Shown: positions 18,657-29,600, counted from the first letter of the stretch. The stretch: 64,000 bases of DNA from a bacterium (GCA_965205865.1 CBDBHR010000030.1:480001-544000); one strand, 5' to 3'. Numbers and translations are program-made. Notes: generated by a model from the sequence alone, not told the origin.

Positions 18657-19703
18657 ATGACGATTCTGGTAAGATATATTGCTCAAGAATTTACCAAATT
18701 CTTTTTTTTATTCCTTTTTGGCTTTGTGGCGATAATCCTGATTGGAAACTTTTTCAGCCGCCTTGGACAGCTGTTTTCCGGCATGGAGCAGTTTTATCTT
18801 TTTATCCAGGAGATTTTCCTCTCGCTACCTGATTTGCTGGAACTGATCTTTCCAATCACGATTTTGCTCGCCACCATAACCACCTTTAATTTGTTGAACC
18901 GTACTTCTGAAATCACGGCAATGCGAATGGCCGGGATGGGCTTTTTCCAGCTTGCTTCCCCCATTCTCGGAATTTCTCTGCTCATTGCCCTGTTCAGTTA
19001 CTTTAACCAGAACTACTTTTACAACTGGTTGGCGAAACAATATCCTCCCGTGCAAACAAATCAATCTTTACCCCCTCTATGGAAAATAAAAAACGACCGC
19101 ATCTTCTACTTTGGAGTCCGTCAATTCGATGAGGTTATTGAGAAAATCGCTATTTTTCGCTGGAGTACGTCGCCCTATCGGGTTTCTGAGCATACCACAA
19201 TCGAAGTAGGAGAAATAAAAGAAGATTCATGGCATCTGAAAAACGTGAATCAACGACAATTCCTCTCCGAACAAATTCGCTTCCTGCAACAATCGGAATG
19301 GGTCGCTCCCGTCCGGGATTTTCCGGTAGTTTCCTTCAAACAACCGCTTGACCCCCACCATCTTCCACTTTGGTCTCTTTATCAACTCGGCGTCCGTCTC
19401 CAAGAAGAAAGGCAGGATGCGACTCGACATAGGGTGGAATTTCACCAAAAACTGGCATATCCTTTCACTCTCGTGATCATGGTACTGTTGGGATTGGCCC
19501 TTTCTCTCACCCACTCCAGACAAGGTAAGGCCGCGGAAGGAGTGGTCCTCAGCTGTCTGTTTGGAATTTTATTTTGGATCACCAATCAAATATTCCTCAC
19601 AATCGGCAATGCAGGCGCTTTACCTCCACTCCTCGCCTCCTGGATCACGAATTTGCTCGCTTTTGTGTTGGTGTTGGGTCTGGTTCGATACTACCGTTCA
19701 TGA
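18657..19703 (+). CDS. LptF/LptG family LPS export permease
   Basis: ILVRYI, SEITAMRMAG, three TM + periplasmic domain + three TM layout, LPPLLASW. Confidence 0.88.
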   Translation: MTILVRYIAQEFTKFFFLFLFGFVAIILIGNFFSRLGQLFSGMEQFYLFIQEIFLSLPDLLELIFPITILLATITTFNLLNRTSEITAMRMAGMGFFQLASPILGISLLIALFSYFNQNYFYNWLAKQYPPVQTNQSLPPLWKIKNDRIFYFGVRQFDEVIEKIAIFRWSTSPYRVSEHTTIEVGEIKEDSWHLKNVNQRQFLSEQIRFLQQSEWVAPVRDFPVVSFKQPLDPHHLPLWSLYQLGVRLQEERQDATRHRVEFHQKLAYPFTLVIMVLLGLALSLTHSRQGKAAEGVVLSCLFGILFWITNQIFLTIGNAGALPPLLASWITNLLAFVLVLGLVRYYRS

Positions 19704-19801
19704 AAACGCGCGCGTTGCTGGCCAAGTAGCGACTCAATACTTCTTGTTTCCCACAGGCTCTTCGAATACAATATCCTACTCTTTGAATAGGAAATTAAAT
19801 T

Positions 19802-19820
19802 TCAAATGAGAATCATTATT
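19802..19820. promoter_or_regulatory. Fur-box-like site
   Basis: TCAAATGAGAATCATTATT matches GATAATGATAATCATTATC at 14/19. The context is AT-rich. Confidence 0.45.
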
Positions 19821-19882
19821 TAAATTTTCCGAATGGAAAGCATTACGACTCCAAATACCCTTATTTTCATGCTTCAAAACTA

Positions 19883-19911
19883 TTGACATTTGAATATTAT
19901 TGGATTATTTT
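19883..19911 (+). promoter_or_regulatory. sigma70-like promoter of moeB
   Basis: TTGACA-17 bp-TATTTT. Confidence 0.55.
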
Positions 19912-19985
19912 GAAGCAGAATATAGCACTGAAACACACCAATTTTCAGTCTTGCGCCATAAAAACCCTATTTGAGAGATAGGAAA

Positions 19986-21143
19986 ATGAAACTCAGCAAC
20001 GAAGAAATCAATCGATATAGCCGACACCTGACTTTGCCTGAAGTGGGCATGGAGGGGCAACTGAAGTTCAAAGCAGCCAAAATTCTTCTCATTGGTGCCG
20101 GAGGTTTAGGTTCTCCTCTAGGTATGTATTTAGGAGCGGCGGGTATTGGTAAATTGGGGATCGTGGATTTTGATGTGGTCGACAGTTCCAATCTCCAGCG
20201 TCAAATCGCCCACAGTGCTGCGGATGTAGGCAGGTCGAAAGTGGAGTCCATCAAGGACACTATTCTGGCAGGCAATCCCGAAATCGAGGTTGAAATCTAC
20301 GATACCCGCCTTACGCGCGAAAACGTGATGGAGATATTCGCAGAGTATGACATCGTTGTCGACGGTTCTGATAACTTTGAAACGCGCTATTTGGTCAATG
20401 ATGCCGCTTTTTTTGTTGAAAAACCGCTTGTCTACGGATCTATTTTTAAATTCCAAGGTCAGGTTACCGTCTTCAATCCACACCAGGGAGGTCCTTGCTA
20501 TCGATGCCTTTACTCGAGTCCGCCACCCGCCGCTTTGGTTCCCAGTTGAGCGGAAGCGGGAGTCCTGGGCGTGCTCCCGGGAACGGTTGGTTTGATACAG
20601 GCGACGGAAGCTCTCAAACTTATTTTGGAAATGGGAAACTCCTTGACAGGACGTTTGCTCCTCTTCGATTCCCTGAAAATGACTTTCAAGGAAGTCAAGA
20701 TTCATAAAGATCCTTTATGCGAACTGTGCGGCGAGCATCCTGCCATTACCGAGTTGATCGATTATGCCGCGTTTTGCGACATCCCAATGCCGACGAGCAG
20801 CATCGAAGACGATTTTAATGAAGAAGATTTTGTGATTGAAGCCCCGGAACTCGAAGAGATTCTGGATTCCGGAAAAGAGATTGTCTTGGTGGATGTGCGG
20901 GATCAAAACGAATGGGATATCTGTCATATTGACGGGGCCAAACTGATGCCGGTGGTAGAGTTTGACAAATACATCCCGGAACTCGATAAAGATGATGAAA
21001 TCTATTTGTACTGCTACAAGGGCAGCCGCTCCATGACTGCCTTGAAGCAGCTCCATGCGGATGGATTCGCCAAAATAAAAAGCTTGAGCGGAGGAATCGA
21101 TAGTTGGGCCGAATTGGTGGATCCCGGAATGCCCCGCTATTGA
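19986..21143 (+). CDS. moeB: MoeB/MoeZ adenylyltransferase-rhodanese fusion with in-frame TGA at 20547-20549 (probable selenocysteine)
   Basis: RYSRHL, GAGGLG, SNLQRQ, DGSDNF, CYRC, VPS*AEAGVLGVLPG, CELC, rhodanese YCYKGSRS. The two track ORFs are in the same frame. Confidence 0.88.
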
Positions 21144-21404
21144 ATCACACAGGCTCCTTCAAATAATTTTTTCTCTCGGGGAGCCTCTTTCATTTTTTTC
21201 AACGGCTTCCTCTGATACGACCCTCCCCTCTGCCAAACAAGATATGTGATGCTCCATTTCCAACCAACGAGATTTTTCATGCGAATCGAAGTAACCACCA
21301 CCCATCTCTCCATGACCTCCCCATCCCGGTTTCTTCCCAAATATTCAGAGGATGCGACTCTTGTGTTACAGAAAGTCGCAATCCCCAATCCAGGAGACAA
21401 CTAT

Positions 21405-23087
21405 ATGAGCGATTTTATGCTAATGGAACCTGCCAACCAGACTTTTTCCGAACTGTTAAGCAACGGGGTTAAATACACTGTACCGCGTTTCCAAAGGGAT
21501 TATTCGTGGGAACAGGAACGATGGGAAGATTTATGGGCGGATATCGAAGGTCTGGACCAGGAGGGGTTTCATTATATGGGCTATATCGTGTTGCAACGTA
21601 AAAATCAGCTGGATTTTGAAGTGATAGAAGGTCAACAACGCCTGGTTACACTTTCTTTGTTGATCTTAGCCACAATGCGACATATTCAGCGTTTAGTCGA
21701 CAACAATGAAGACGCTGGTAAAAATCAGGAACGATTGCAAGAAATTACGGCACGCTATATTGGTTCGAAAGATATCGTTTCATTGAGAGTGAGTAGCAGG
21801 CTGACGCTGAATCGCAATAATGGACGTTTTTACAAAGATATCTGTTCCAACCTGCGTCCACCCCAGAGCCGGGGCATTACGGCAACCAATCACCTTCTGA
21901 GGCGGGCATTCGAATTTTTCTGCGACAAAAACATGGGGAACAGTGGCGAGGAAATCGGTGAGTTCATCAATAAGTTTTCATCCAGGTTGATTTTTACAAA
22001 AATCGTGGTGCAAGACAGCCTGAATGCCTACAAGGTGTTTGATACGTTAAATGCCAGAGAAGTACAGCTTTCCACACCTGATTTGTTGAAAAACTATATT
22101 TTTTCGGTGGTCACTCAAAATGATGACGTTCCCGACGAAACGCTGGATGATCTCGATGAAACATGGTCAAGGATCTTAGCAGAACTGGGTGAAAACGATT
22201 TCACCGATTTTGTCCGTTACCAGCATAATTCACATAGACCTCTTGTAAGCAAGAAGGAGTTATTTAAATCAATCAGGCAGCTTTATACTACACCTGGGCA
22301 GGCTCATGACTATTTAAGATCACTAATAGAGGTGGCTCCCTTATATGCGTCTTTGTCCAACCCTTATGATGAGTGGTGGCGACGAGAAAACGGTAAATAT
22401 CGAGATGCCGTTCATTTCCTGGAAGGCTTGAAGCTGTTTGGTATACGACAACCCTATACGATATTGATGGCGGCATTTATGCGGAATTTCGCGCCTGACG
22501 AGTTTATCAAAACGCTGAAATATATTTATTTTTTATCTGTTCGTTACAACGTGATTTGTAGTTTTTCACCAAACGAACAGGAAAAGCGTTACAACAGCAT
22601 AGCCATGAAGATAGCCAATGGTGAATTTCAACGGGCCAGCCATATCAAGAACAGCCCTGATTACAAAGCGCTTTACCCTGCTGATGACGTATTCAAAAAT
22701 GCTTTCGAGTATTTCAAAATGCCGAGTCGACGCTCATCCAAAAAAATCCGTTTTTTGTTGGCTGATATCGAGAATAACGCGGGACGAAACGTGAGATATC
22801 TGGATACAACGCTCGAGCATGTTTGCCCTTATTATCCGAACCAGGACTGGCATCTGTATTTTGGAGAGGGTGCGAATGATATTGCCGACCGGTTAGGCAA
22901 TATGGTGTTGTTGGAACAGAATGATCTGAAACAGACTGATTTTGCCAGCAAGAAAGCGCATTATCTGAATACTCCTTTCAGGCTGGCCAAAAAAGTGACT
23001 GAATATGATCACTGGGACCTGGCAAACCTGAACCACTATCAATCCTGGCTTGCTGATCAGGCGGTAAGAACCTGGCGGGTGGATTAA
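21405..23087 (+). CDS. DUF262 + DUF1524/HNH protein (GmrSD-like restriction nuclease family)
   Basis: VPRFQRDYSW, IEGQQRL, F.TLNAR, DLLKN, LEHVCP...LGNMVLL. AGGAG RBS before ATG 21405. Confidence 0.85.
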   Translation: MSDFMLMEPANQTFSELLSNGVKYTVPRFQRDYSWEQERWEDLWADIEGLDQEGFHYMGYIVLQRKNQLDFEVIEGQQRLVTLSLLILATMRHIQRLVDNNEDAGKNQERLQEITARYIGSKDIVSLRVSSRLTLNRNNGRFYKDICSNLRPPQSRGITATNHLLRRAFEFFCDKNMGNSGEEIGEFINKFSSRLIFTKIVVQDSLNAYKVFDTLNAREVQLSTPDLLKNYIFSVVTQNDDVPDETLDDLDETWSRILAELGENDFTDFVRYQHNSHRPLVSKKELFKSIRQLYTTPGQAHDYLRSLIEVAPLYASLSNPYDEWWRRENGKYRDAVHFLEGLKLFGIRQPYTILMAAFMRNFAPDEFIKTLKYIYFLSVRYNVICSFSPNEQEKRYNSIAMKIANGEFQRASHIKNSPDYKALYPADDVFKNAFEYFKMPSRRSSKKIRFLLADIENNAGRNVRYLDTTLEHVCPYYPNQDWHLYFGEGANDIADRLGNMVLLEQNDLKQTDFASKKAHYLNTPFRLAKKVTEYDHWDLANLNHYQSWLADQAVRTWRVD

Positions 23088-23669
23088 TGAGCATCACGTC
23101 CGAAAACACCTTCGAAACGGCCATTATTGAAAACCTGTCGGCTTCCGGAGGTTATCGCGAAGGCGATGCTGGCGCTTACAGTCCGGAACTGGGCATGTTC
23201 AAGAATGACCGCCTGCGCACAGGCTCAGTTGTATCGCTATATCGACCCGGCAGTAGATCGTTACAAAAACATTGAAGCGGAAGAAGAAAAAGAAGCGTTC
23301 AAAAAGAGTTTGCGTACCTGGACCAATCTGTATGCCTTTATGGCGCAGATCATGCCCTTTCAAGAAGTTGAATTCGAGAAATTTTATGCCTATACCAGGT
23401 TACTTCTGACCAAGTTGCCCAAACGCGACCTGGTGGAAAGCATGAAACTGACTGACGAATTGGCTTTGGAGTATTACCGCTTGCAAAAAATCAATGACGG
23501 TTCTATCGACCTGGTAACTGGCGAAAACGGCGAACTAGATGGTTTGACTGAGGCTGGCATCAAACGTGACAAGGAAGACAAAGCGACCTTATCGGAAATC
23601 ATCGAAATGTTGAATGACCGTTTCGGCACCGAATTCGTGGAAGCCGACCGAGCAATTTTTCCGCTGTGA
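23087..23669 (+). pseudogene. hsdR: type I restriction subunit R remnant (extreme N-terminus joined out of frame to the C-terminal region)
   Basis: MSITSENTFETAII..L...GGY start, then LYAFMAQIMPF...LEYYRLQKI..GSI.L...LSEIIEMLNDRFGTEF. Nuclease and helicase core absent. Confidence 0.75.
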
Positions 23670-23670
23670 T

Positions 23671-24054
23671 TCATGGACAAAGCGCAACCGCCTCGATTTC
23701 CACGTCCACGTCCCTGGGAAGGCGACCGGCTTGAATACACGTTCGGGCTGGTTTGCTCTCATTGAAGTATTCGCTGTAGATGGTATTGAGATCTCCAAAA
23801 TCCTCCATGTTTTTCAGAAAAATCGTCACCTTGACCACATCATTCAAGGAGGACCCTGCTGCTTCCAAAATGGCATTGATATTTTTCAGAACCAAATGGC
23901 ATTGTTCACTGAATGTTCCTGTATGCAGTTCTCTTGTTTCCGGGACAATGGGTACCTGTCCCGCCAAAAAAAGGAAACCATTGGCTTTTACGGCTTGAGA
24001 ATATGGTCCGGCCGGCTGCGGGGCTTTGTTGGTATTTACGATTTCTTTATTCAT
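23671..24054 (-). CDS. RidA/YjgF family enamine deaminase
   Basis: AP.PAGPYSQAV, GQVP, VVKVTIFL, PAR, LP..V.VEIEAVA. Confidence 0.93.
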   Translation of the reverse strand: MNKEIVNTNKAPQPAGPYSQAVKANGFLFLAGQVPIVPETRELHTGTFSEQCHLVLKNINAILEAAGSSLNDVVKVTIFLKNMEDFGDLNTIYSEYFNESKPARTCIQAGRLPRDVDVEIEAVALCP

Positions 24055-24266
24055 CCTTTTTCCTTTCTATGGATTTCCAGATAAAATTTTTCTCAGAGGT
24101 GGGCGTATGTTATAAAAATATCCAGCGGATTGGTCACGCAAAAAAACTCTATTTCCTTGAGCATTTCATTTCCCTGTCATCAAAGATTTTGATTTGCAAA
24201 TTGACAAGTATACATATACGCATCAGACAGCTTCTCTAATCTTAATCCATCTGTAAGAAAACAGCG

Positions 24267-24797
24267 ATGTCTTTTGCAAAACTTTCTCCTTTCATCTCTG
24301 CAGAACAAATCCATACTCGTATCGAGGAATTGGCGCGGGAAATTTCCCATGACTACGCAAACACGGAATTGCACCTTGTCGGAGTCTTGAAAGGAGCGTT
24401 CATTTTTTTAGCCGACTTGACGCGGGCTATCAGTATTCCTTCCTACATCTACTTTATGCGTGCTTCCAGTTACGAAAAGCGACAAGGTTCCACGGGTATT
24501 GTCAAAATTCAGCATGATCTCGACATGGCCAATAAGCATGTGCTGGTCATCGAAGACATCCTTGATACGGGATTGACCCTCCACACCATCCTGCAGGAGT
24601 TGGAAAGTCAAAAACCTGCTTCATTGAAAGTATGCGCCCTGCTTGATAAACCAGAGAGACGGGAGACTGCCATCGAAGGAGACTACATAGGTTTCAGTAT
24701 TCCAAATGAATTCGTGGTCGGCTATGGTCTGGACTATGGGGAATTCTATCGAAACCTGCCCTACATTGCCAGAGTGGAAAATATGGGGCCTCTTTGA
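24267..24797 (+). CDS. hpt: hypoxanthine phosphoribosyltransferase
   Basis: GVLKGAFIFLADL, VIEDILDTGLTL, FVVGYGLDY...RNLP. Confidence 0.95.
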   Translation: MSFAKLSPFISAEQIHTRIEELAREISHDYANTELHLVGVLKGAFIFLADLTRAISIPSYIYFMRASSYEKRQGSTGIVKIQHDLDMANKHVLVIEDILDTGLTLHTILQELESQKPASLKVCALLDKPERRETAIEGDYIGFSIPNEFVVGYGLDYGEFYRNLPYIARVENMGPL

Positions 24798-24984
24798 GAA
24801 ATCTCCGATTGCTCAAAAATAGCGGAATATTCTGCCAGCGCCAGTTTGATTCCTCACGTCTCCAACCGTCTCTACGGTTGCGGCGCGCGTGTTTTTTTGA
24901 ATAAATGCTCTCCAAGCAATCCTTGGAATTGCAATTGATTGCAATTGATTTCTTTATTTTTCCCGATCGTGTATATTTCTGGGC

Positions 24985-25013
24985 TTGACCTCCACTCCAG
25001 TGTAAGGTAGCAT
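24985..25013 (+). promoter_or_regulatory. sigma70-like promoter of ilvC
   Basis: TTGACC-17 bp-TAGCAT. Confidence 0.5.
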
Positions 25014-25057
25014 GATACGCTTCAAACCATTATTTTGAGCAACAAGGAGCATTTTCC

Positions 25058-26107
25058 ATGAAAACTATCAGTATTGGTGGCCACCACGAAGTCATCGTCG
25101 AACGATCGGATTATCCGATCGAAAAATGTCATGAAATCCTCAAAGACGAAATCACCGCGATCTTGGGTTATGGTCCGCAAGGTCGGGGTCAGGGATTGAA
25201 TATGCGTGACCAGGGTTTTAAAGTGATTTTGGGAATCCGCAAAGGACGTAGTTGGGACAAGGCTTTAGCGGATGGATGGCGGGAAGGAGTGAACTTGTTT
25301 GAGATTGAAGAAGCCGCCAAACGTGGTACCATCATTCAATTTCTGCTCTCCGATGCCGGACAAATTGCTATTTGGCCTACCATCCGGAACTGTCTGGACA
25401 TGGGTAATGCCCTTTACTTTTCCCATGGTTTTGGGATAGTCTTTCACGAAGACACTCACATCATTCCTCCGGAACACGTCGACGTCATGCTGGTCGCCCC
25501 AAAGGGCAGCGGACTGACCGTGCGGACTCATTTTGAGGCGGGACGTGGTATCAATTCCTCCTGGGCTGTCCACCAGGATTATACGGGAAGGGCAAAAGAG
25601 CGTTGTATCGCTACTGCCTTTGCCATTGGTTCCGGGCACCTGTTTGAAACGAATTTCCGAGATGAAGTCCATAGTGATCTCACCGGAGAACGTTGCGTAT
25701 TGATGGGCTTGATTCAGGGAGCTTTTCTGGCTCAGTATGAAACCCTCCGGGAAAATGGGCACTCCCCTTCAGAAGCCTACAATGAGACCATCGAAGAAGC
25801 GCTGGAGAGTCTTTATCCGCTGGTCTCGGAAAAGGGAATGGACTGGATGTATTCCAATTGTTCGACAACCGCTCAACGCGGCGCCTTGGATTGGGCCCCC
25901 CGTTTTCGAGACGTACTCAAACCTGTGATCAATGAATGTTACCAGCGGGTTACCAGCGGTCTGGAGGCAAAAATCGCCATTGAATCAAATTCCCGGTCGG
26001 ACTACCGGGAGAAGTTGGAGAAAGAACTGGAAGCCGTCAACAACCAAGAAATGTGGCAAGCCGGAAGAATTCTGCGCGCCCTGCGTCCTGAAAACATGAT
26101 CCAATAA
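25058..26107 (+). CDS. ilvC: ketol-acid reductoisomerase
   Basis: LGYGPQG, FSHGF, VAPKGSG, SDLTGER, CSTTAQRGA. Confidence 0.95.
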   Translation: MKTISIGGHHEVIVERSDYPIEKCHEILKDEITAILGYGPQGRGQGLNMRDQGFKVILGIRKGRSWDKALADGWREGVNLFEIEEAAKRGTIIQFLLSDAGQIAIWPTIRNCLDMGNALYFSHGFGIVFHEDTHIIPPEHVDVMLVAPKGSGLTVRTHFEAGRGINSSWAVHQDYTGRAKERCIATAFAIGSGHLFETNFRDEVHSDLTGERCVLMGLIQGAFLAQYETLRENGHSPSEAYNETIEEALESLYPLVSEKGMDWMYSNCSTTAQRGALDWAPRFRDVLKPVINECYQRVTSGLEAKIAIESNSRSDYREKLEKELEAVNNQEMWQAGRILRALRPENMIQ

Positions 26108-26200
26108 CTAACTGGAACAACATCTTCTTCCGATCCCCTGGATCCGTTGCGAGAAATTCAAAGAGTTATGGTTTGCTCCTCTTCCCGAAAAAGAACGGCA

Positions 26201-26554
26201 ATGCACGGAACGAAATTAATAGGCGAGGGAAAATACTACGAATTACAAGTCTACCGGGGTGATGGAAATCTGGAACAGGAAGCGGTTCCCTTTTCGGGAA
26301 TCCTTCGGCAACATTATAATCCCAACATCTTGTTATTGATCAATAGCCCTTATTATTCTCGTCAACAAAGCATTGCTTTCGAAATCCGGGTGGATGATAT
26401 TCTTCATGTCGATGAGATGCCTGCTGAAATCGGACCTGATGGAGTGATGGTCGAATACGTCAAACTTTGGGTCAGAAAAGGGAGCACTATCGTGAAAATG
26501 GAACCCATGCGGGTCGGCGACAATGGCACAGTCGATCCCGCTGAAAAACCATAA
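26201..26554 (+). CDS. hypothetical protein (start uncertain)
   Basis: Protein-like ORF filling the ilvC-rho gap (AVPFSG...FEIRVDDILHVDEMP...VKLWVRKGS). Confidence 0.6.
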   Translation: MHGTKLIGEGKYYELQVYRGDGNLEQEAVPFSGILRQHYNPNILLLINSPYYSRQQSIAFEIRVDDILHVDEMPAEIGPDGVMVEYVKLWVRKGSTIVKMEPMRVGDNGTVDPAEKP

Positions 26555-26871
26555 AATCACTCTCCTTAAAAAAAATACTTGACAATTTCTTCAGCAATCA
26601 AGCATTATAATCACGCTTCTACAATTATCCTACCGTGTTGAAACTTGAAATATTTTCCAACTGAACCCACTAACTCTAATCTGAAAATTTCTGGCAAATT
26701 CATCCAGTATTTTGGTCAATCCTTGATCGATGAGCAGTTTCATAAGATATCCGTAGATTTCTGGCGAACTGCTCATTGAAAAAACAAATGGTATATTTGT
26801 TGAATCAATCTCATGCTTGAGTTTGATCCGCATTTCCTCGTATTTTTAAATAATCCAACCAAATCAAATAT

Positions 26872-28212
26872 ATGAAGAATCAAGCAACAGCCCGCCGTTA
26901 CAATAATTTTCGTTCTCAAAACAATTTGGATATTCACAGATCTCAAAACAATGATGTTCCCCATCTCAATTTAATAGAGTTGAAACGCAAAGAGATCGCA
27001 GAGTTGGTCAAAATTGCCCGGGAATACAATATTGAAAATGCCAGCAGCATGCGTCGACAGGAATTGATTTTCGGTCTTCTGCAGGCGCAAACCAAACAAA
27101 ATGGGGTGATTTACGGAGAAGGGGTTTTGGAAACCCTACCCGATGGCTTTGGCTTTCTCAGAGCTCCGGATTATAACTACCTCCCTGGCCCGGACGACAT
27201 TTATGTCTCTCCTTCGCAAATCCGGCGTTTCAATATGAGAACCGGAGATACGATTTCCGGTCAAATCCGTCCGCCCAAAGATAGCGAACGCTATTATGCC
27301 TTGTTGAAGGTGGAAAACCTGAATTTCGAGACCTCTGATATCTCCAAAGACAAAATTCTCTTTGACAATCTCACCCCTCTTTATCCTGAAGAACGTCTGA
27401 CCCTGGAATGTGGTAAAGAAGCACTGACGGCACGCTTGGTTGATTTGGTGGTCCCCATTGGAAAAGGACAACGCGGTCTCATCGTTGCCCCACCACGTAC
27501 TGGAAAAACCATGATTTTGCAAAATATCGCAAATAGTATTTCCAACAACTATCCTGAAGTCTATTTGATCGTCTTGCTGATTGATGAACGCCCCGAGGAG
27601 GTGACCGATATGGAGCGCTCCGTCAATGGGGAAGTGATCAGTTCTACTTTCGACGAGCCTGCCACCCGGCACGTGCAAGTTGCGGAGATGGTCATTGAGA
27701 AAGCGAAGCGCTTGGTGGAACATAAAAAAGACGTGGTAATATTACTCGATTCTCTCACCCGCCTGGCCCGCGCCTATAACTCGGTCGTCCCACCCAGCGG
27801 CAAAATTCTTTCGGGTGGTGTCGATTCCAATGCGCTGCAAAAACCCAAAAGATTTTTTGGGGCGGCTCGCAACATTGAAGAAGGTGGCTCCCTCACCATC
27901 ATCGCAACAGCCTTGGTTGACACCGGGAGCCGGATGGATGAAGTGATTTTTGAGGAGTTTAAAGGAACCGGCAATATGGAATTGCACTTGGACCGCAAGC
28001 TTGTTGAAAAAAGAATCTTTCCCGCCATGGATATCAACAAATCCGGTACTCGTAAAGAAGAACTACTCACCGTGAAAAATGATTTGGACCGCATTTGGGT
28101 GCTACGTAAAGTCCTCTCTCAACTCAGCGTAGTCGAATCCATGGAATTCATCCATGAAAAGCTGGTAAAATTTGATTCAAATGCCAAATTCTTAGACATG
28201 ATGGACAAATAG
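26872..28212 (+). CDS. rho: transcription termination factor Rho
   Basis: [55 protein letters not shown]. Confidence 0.98.
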   Translation: MKNQATARRYNNFRSQNNLDIHRSQNNDVPHLNLIELKRKEIAELVKIAREYNIENASSMRRQELIFGLLQAQTKQNGVIYGEGVLETLPDGFGFLRAPDYNYLPGPDDIYVSPSQIRRFNMRTGDTISGQIRPPKDSERYYALLKVENLNFETSDISKDKILFDNLTPLYPEERLTLECGKEALTARLVDLVVPIGKGQRGLIVAPPRTGKTMILQNIANSISNNYPEVYLIVLLIDERPEEVTDMERSVNGEVISSTFDEPATRHVQVAEMVIEKAKRLVEHKKDVVILLDSLTRLARAYNSVVPPSGKILSGGVDSNALQKPKRFFGAARNIEEGGSLTIIATALVDTGSRMDEVIFEEFKGTGNMELHLDRKLVEKRIFPAMDINKSGTRKEELLTVKNDLDRIWVLRKVLSQLSVVESMEFIHEKLVKFDSNAKFLDMMDK

Positions 28213-28276
28213 AACAGTTCGTATTATCATTATTTTTTTAGTTCATCCTCCACTCTGGTTATTGAAAAAGCACACT

Positions 28277-28486
28277 ATGAAAAGCAAAATTCATCCTGAT
28301 TACAAACCGACCGTGTTTCGCTGCAGTTGCGGGAATGCATTGGAGACTTCTTCCAGTCTGGGGGGAGATCATCATATTGAAATCTGCTCCAAATGCCATC
28401 CTTTCTTCAGTGGCAAAGAGCGTACATTGATCGACACGGCAGGTCGTATTGAAAAATTCAATCGCCGCTACAAACGGGCTTCATAA
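28277..28486 (+). CDS. rpmE: 50S ribosomal protein L31 (zinc-binding type)
   Basis: MKSKIHPDY, CSCG, ICSKCHPFF, DTAGRIEKF. Confidence 0.95.
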   Translation: MKSKIHPDYKPTVFRCSCGNALETSSSLGGDHHIEICSKCHPFFSGKERTLIDTAGRIEKFNRRYKRAS

Positions 28487-28526
28487 AAAACGGCTGATCG
28501 TGAAAGTGTCCGCCTGAGAATGACGT

Positions 28527-29600
28527 ATGTGGGACAAACTAAAAAATCTCAAAATCCGATATGAACAACTCACGCATACCCTGACGCAAGTCGAAACCCT
28601 GAATGATCCCGAACAATACCGGCGCGTCAGTAAAGAGCACGCCGAACTCGGAGAGTTGGTGCAGGCATATGACGACTATGCGGCGCTGCAGGCGGAATTG
28701 AAATCCAATCAAGAAATCTTGGCCGATCCCCGAGAAGATCCGGAGTTCCGGGAAATGGCGCAGCAGGAAGTTGAATTGCTGTCCCGGCAAATCGAAACCC
28801 TGGAAAATAAAACGAAACTCCTCCTGCTTCCTAAAGATCCCAATGACGCCCGAGACACTATTCTTGAAATAAGAGCCGGTACGGGAGGAGGAGAGGCTGC
28901 TCTCTTCGTCTCGGATCTATTTCGCATGTATGCTCGATATGCCGAATTGAGAAAATGGCGACTCCATATCATTGAACAGCACGAGACCGATATTGGCGGA
29001 TTCAAAGAAATCATTGCAACCATTGAAGGCAAAGATGTATACAGCCGCTTAAAATTCGAAAGCGGCGTTCATCGCGTGCAACGCATTCCCAAAACCGAAA
29101 CTCAGGGACGGGTCCATACCTCTGCTGCCACCGTTGCGGTTTTACCTGAAATAGAAGAGGTTGAAATCGATATCAATCCCAATGACCTCCGGGTAGATGT
29201 CTATCGTTCCTCCGGTCCGGGAGGACAAAGTGTCAATACGACTGATTCAGCCGTACGCATCACTCATTTGCCAACCGGCCTGATCGTCATTTGCCAAAAT
29301 GAAAAATCTCAATTGAAAAATAAAAACCAGGCTTTGAAAGTGCTGAGAGCTCGTTTGTATGAAAATGAAATGAAAGCCCAGCAGGATTCCACGGCTGCGC
29401 AACGGAAAAATATGGTTGGCACCGGAGATCGTAGTGAGCGGATTCGAACCTATAATTTTCCACAAGGTCGCATCACCGACCACCGGGTGAACCTCACACT
29501 TTACCAATTGGAAAACATCCTCATGGGAAATATGGATCCTATTGTCGACTCCTTGCTGACTCACCATCAAGCCGAACTTCTCAAACAAGGTGTGGCTTGA
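28527..29600 (+). CDS. prfA: peptide chain release factor 1
   Basis: GVHRVQRIPKTE (PxT motif), GGQ, RSERIRTYNFPQ. Confidence 0.97.
   Translation: MWDKLKNLKIRYEQLTHTLTQVETLNDPEQYRRVSKEHAELGELVQAYDDYAALQAELKSNQEILADPREDPEFREMAQQEVELLSRQIETLENKTKLLLLPKDPNDARDTILEIRAGTGGGEAALFVSDLFRMYARYAELRKWRLHIIEQHETDIGGFKEIIATIEGKDVYSRLKFESGVHRVQRIPKTETQGRVHTSAATVAVLPEIEEVEIDINPNDLRVDVYRSSGPGGQSVNTTDSAVRITHLPTGLIVICQNEKSQLKNKNQALKVLRARLYENEMKAQQDSTAAQRKNMVGTGDRSERIRTYNFPQGRITDHRVNLTLYQLENILMGNMDPIVDSLLTHHQAELLKQGVA

Noticed and set aside
19971-21143. moeB as two genes or a pseudogene
   Set aside because: Both halves are in the same frame with intact motifs, and the only stop is TGA at the conserved Cys. Recoding is more parsimonious, though unproven.
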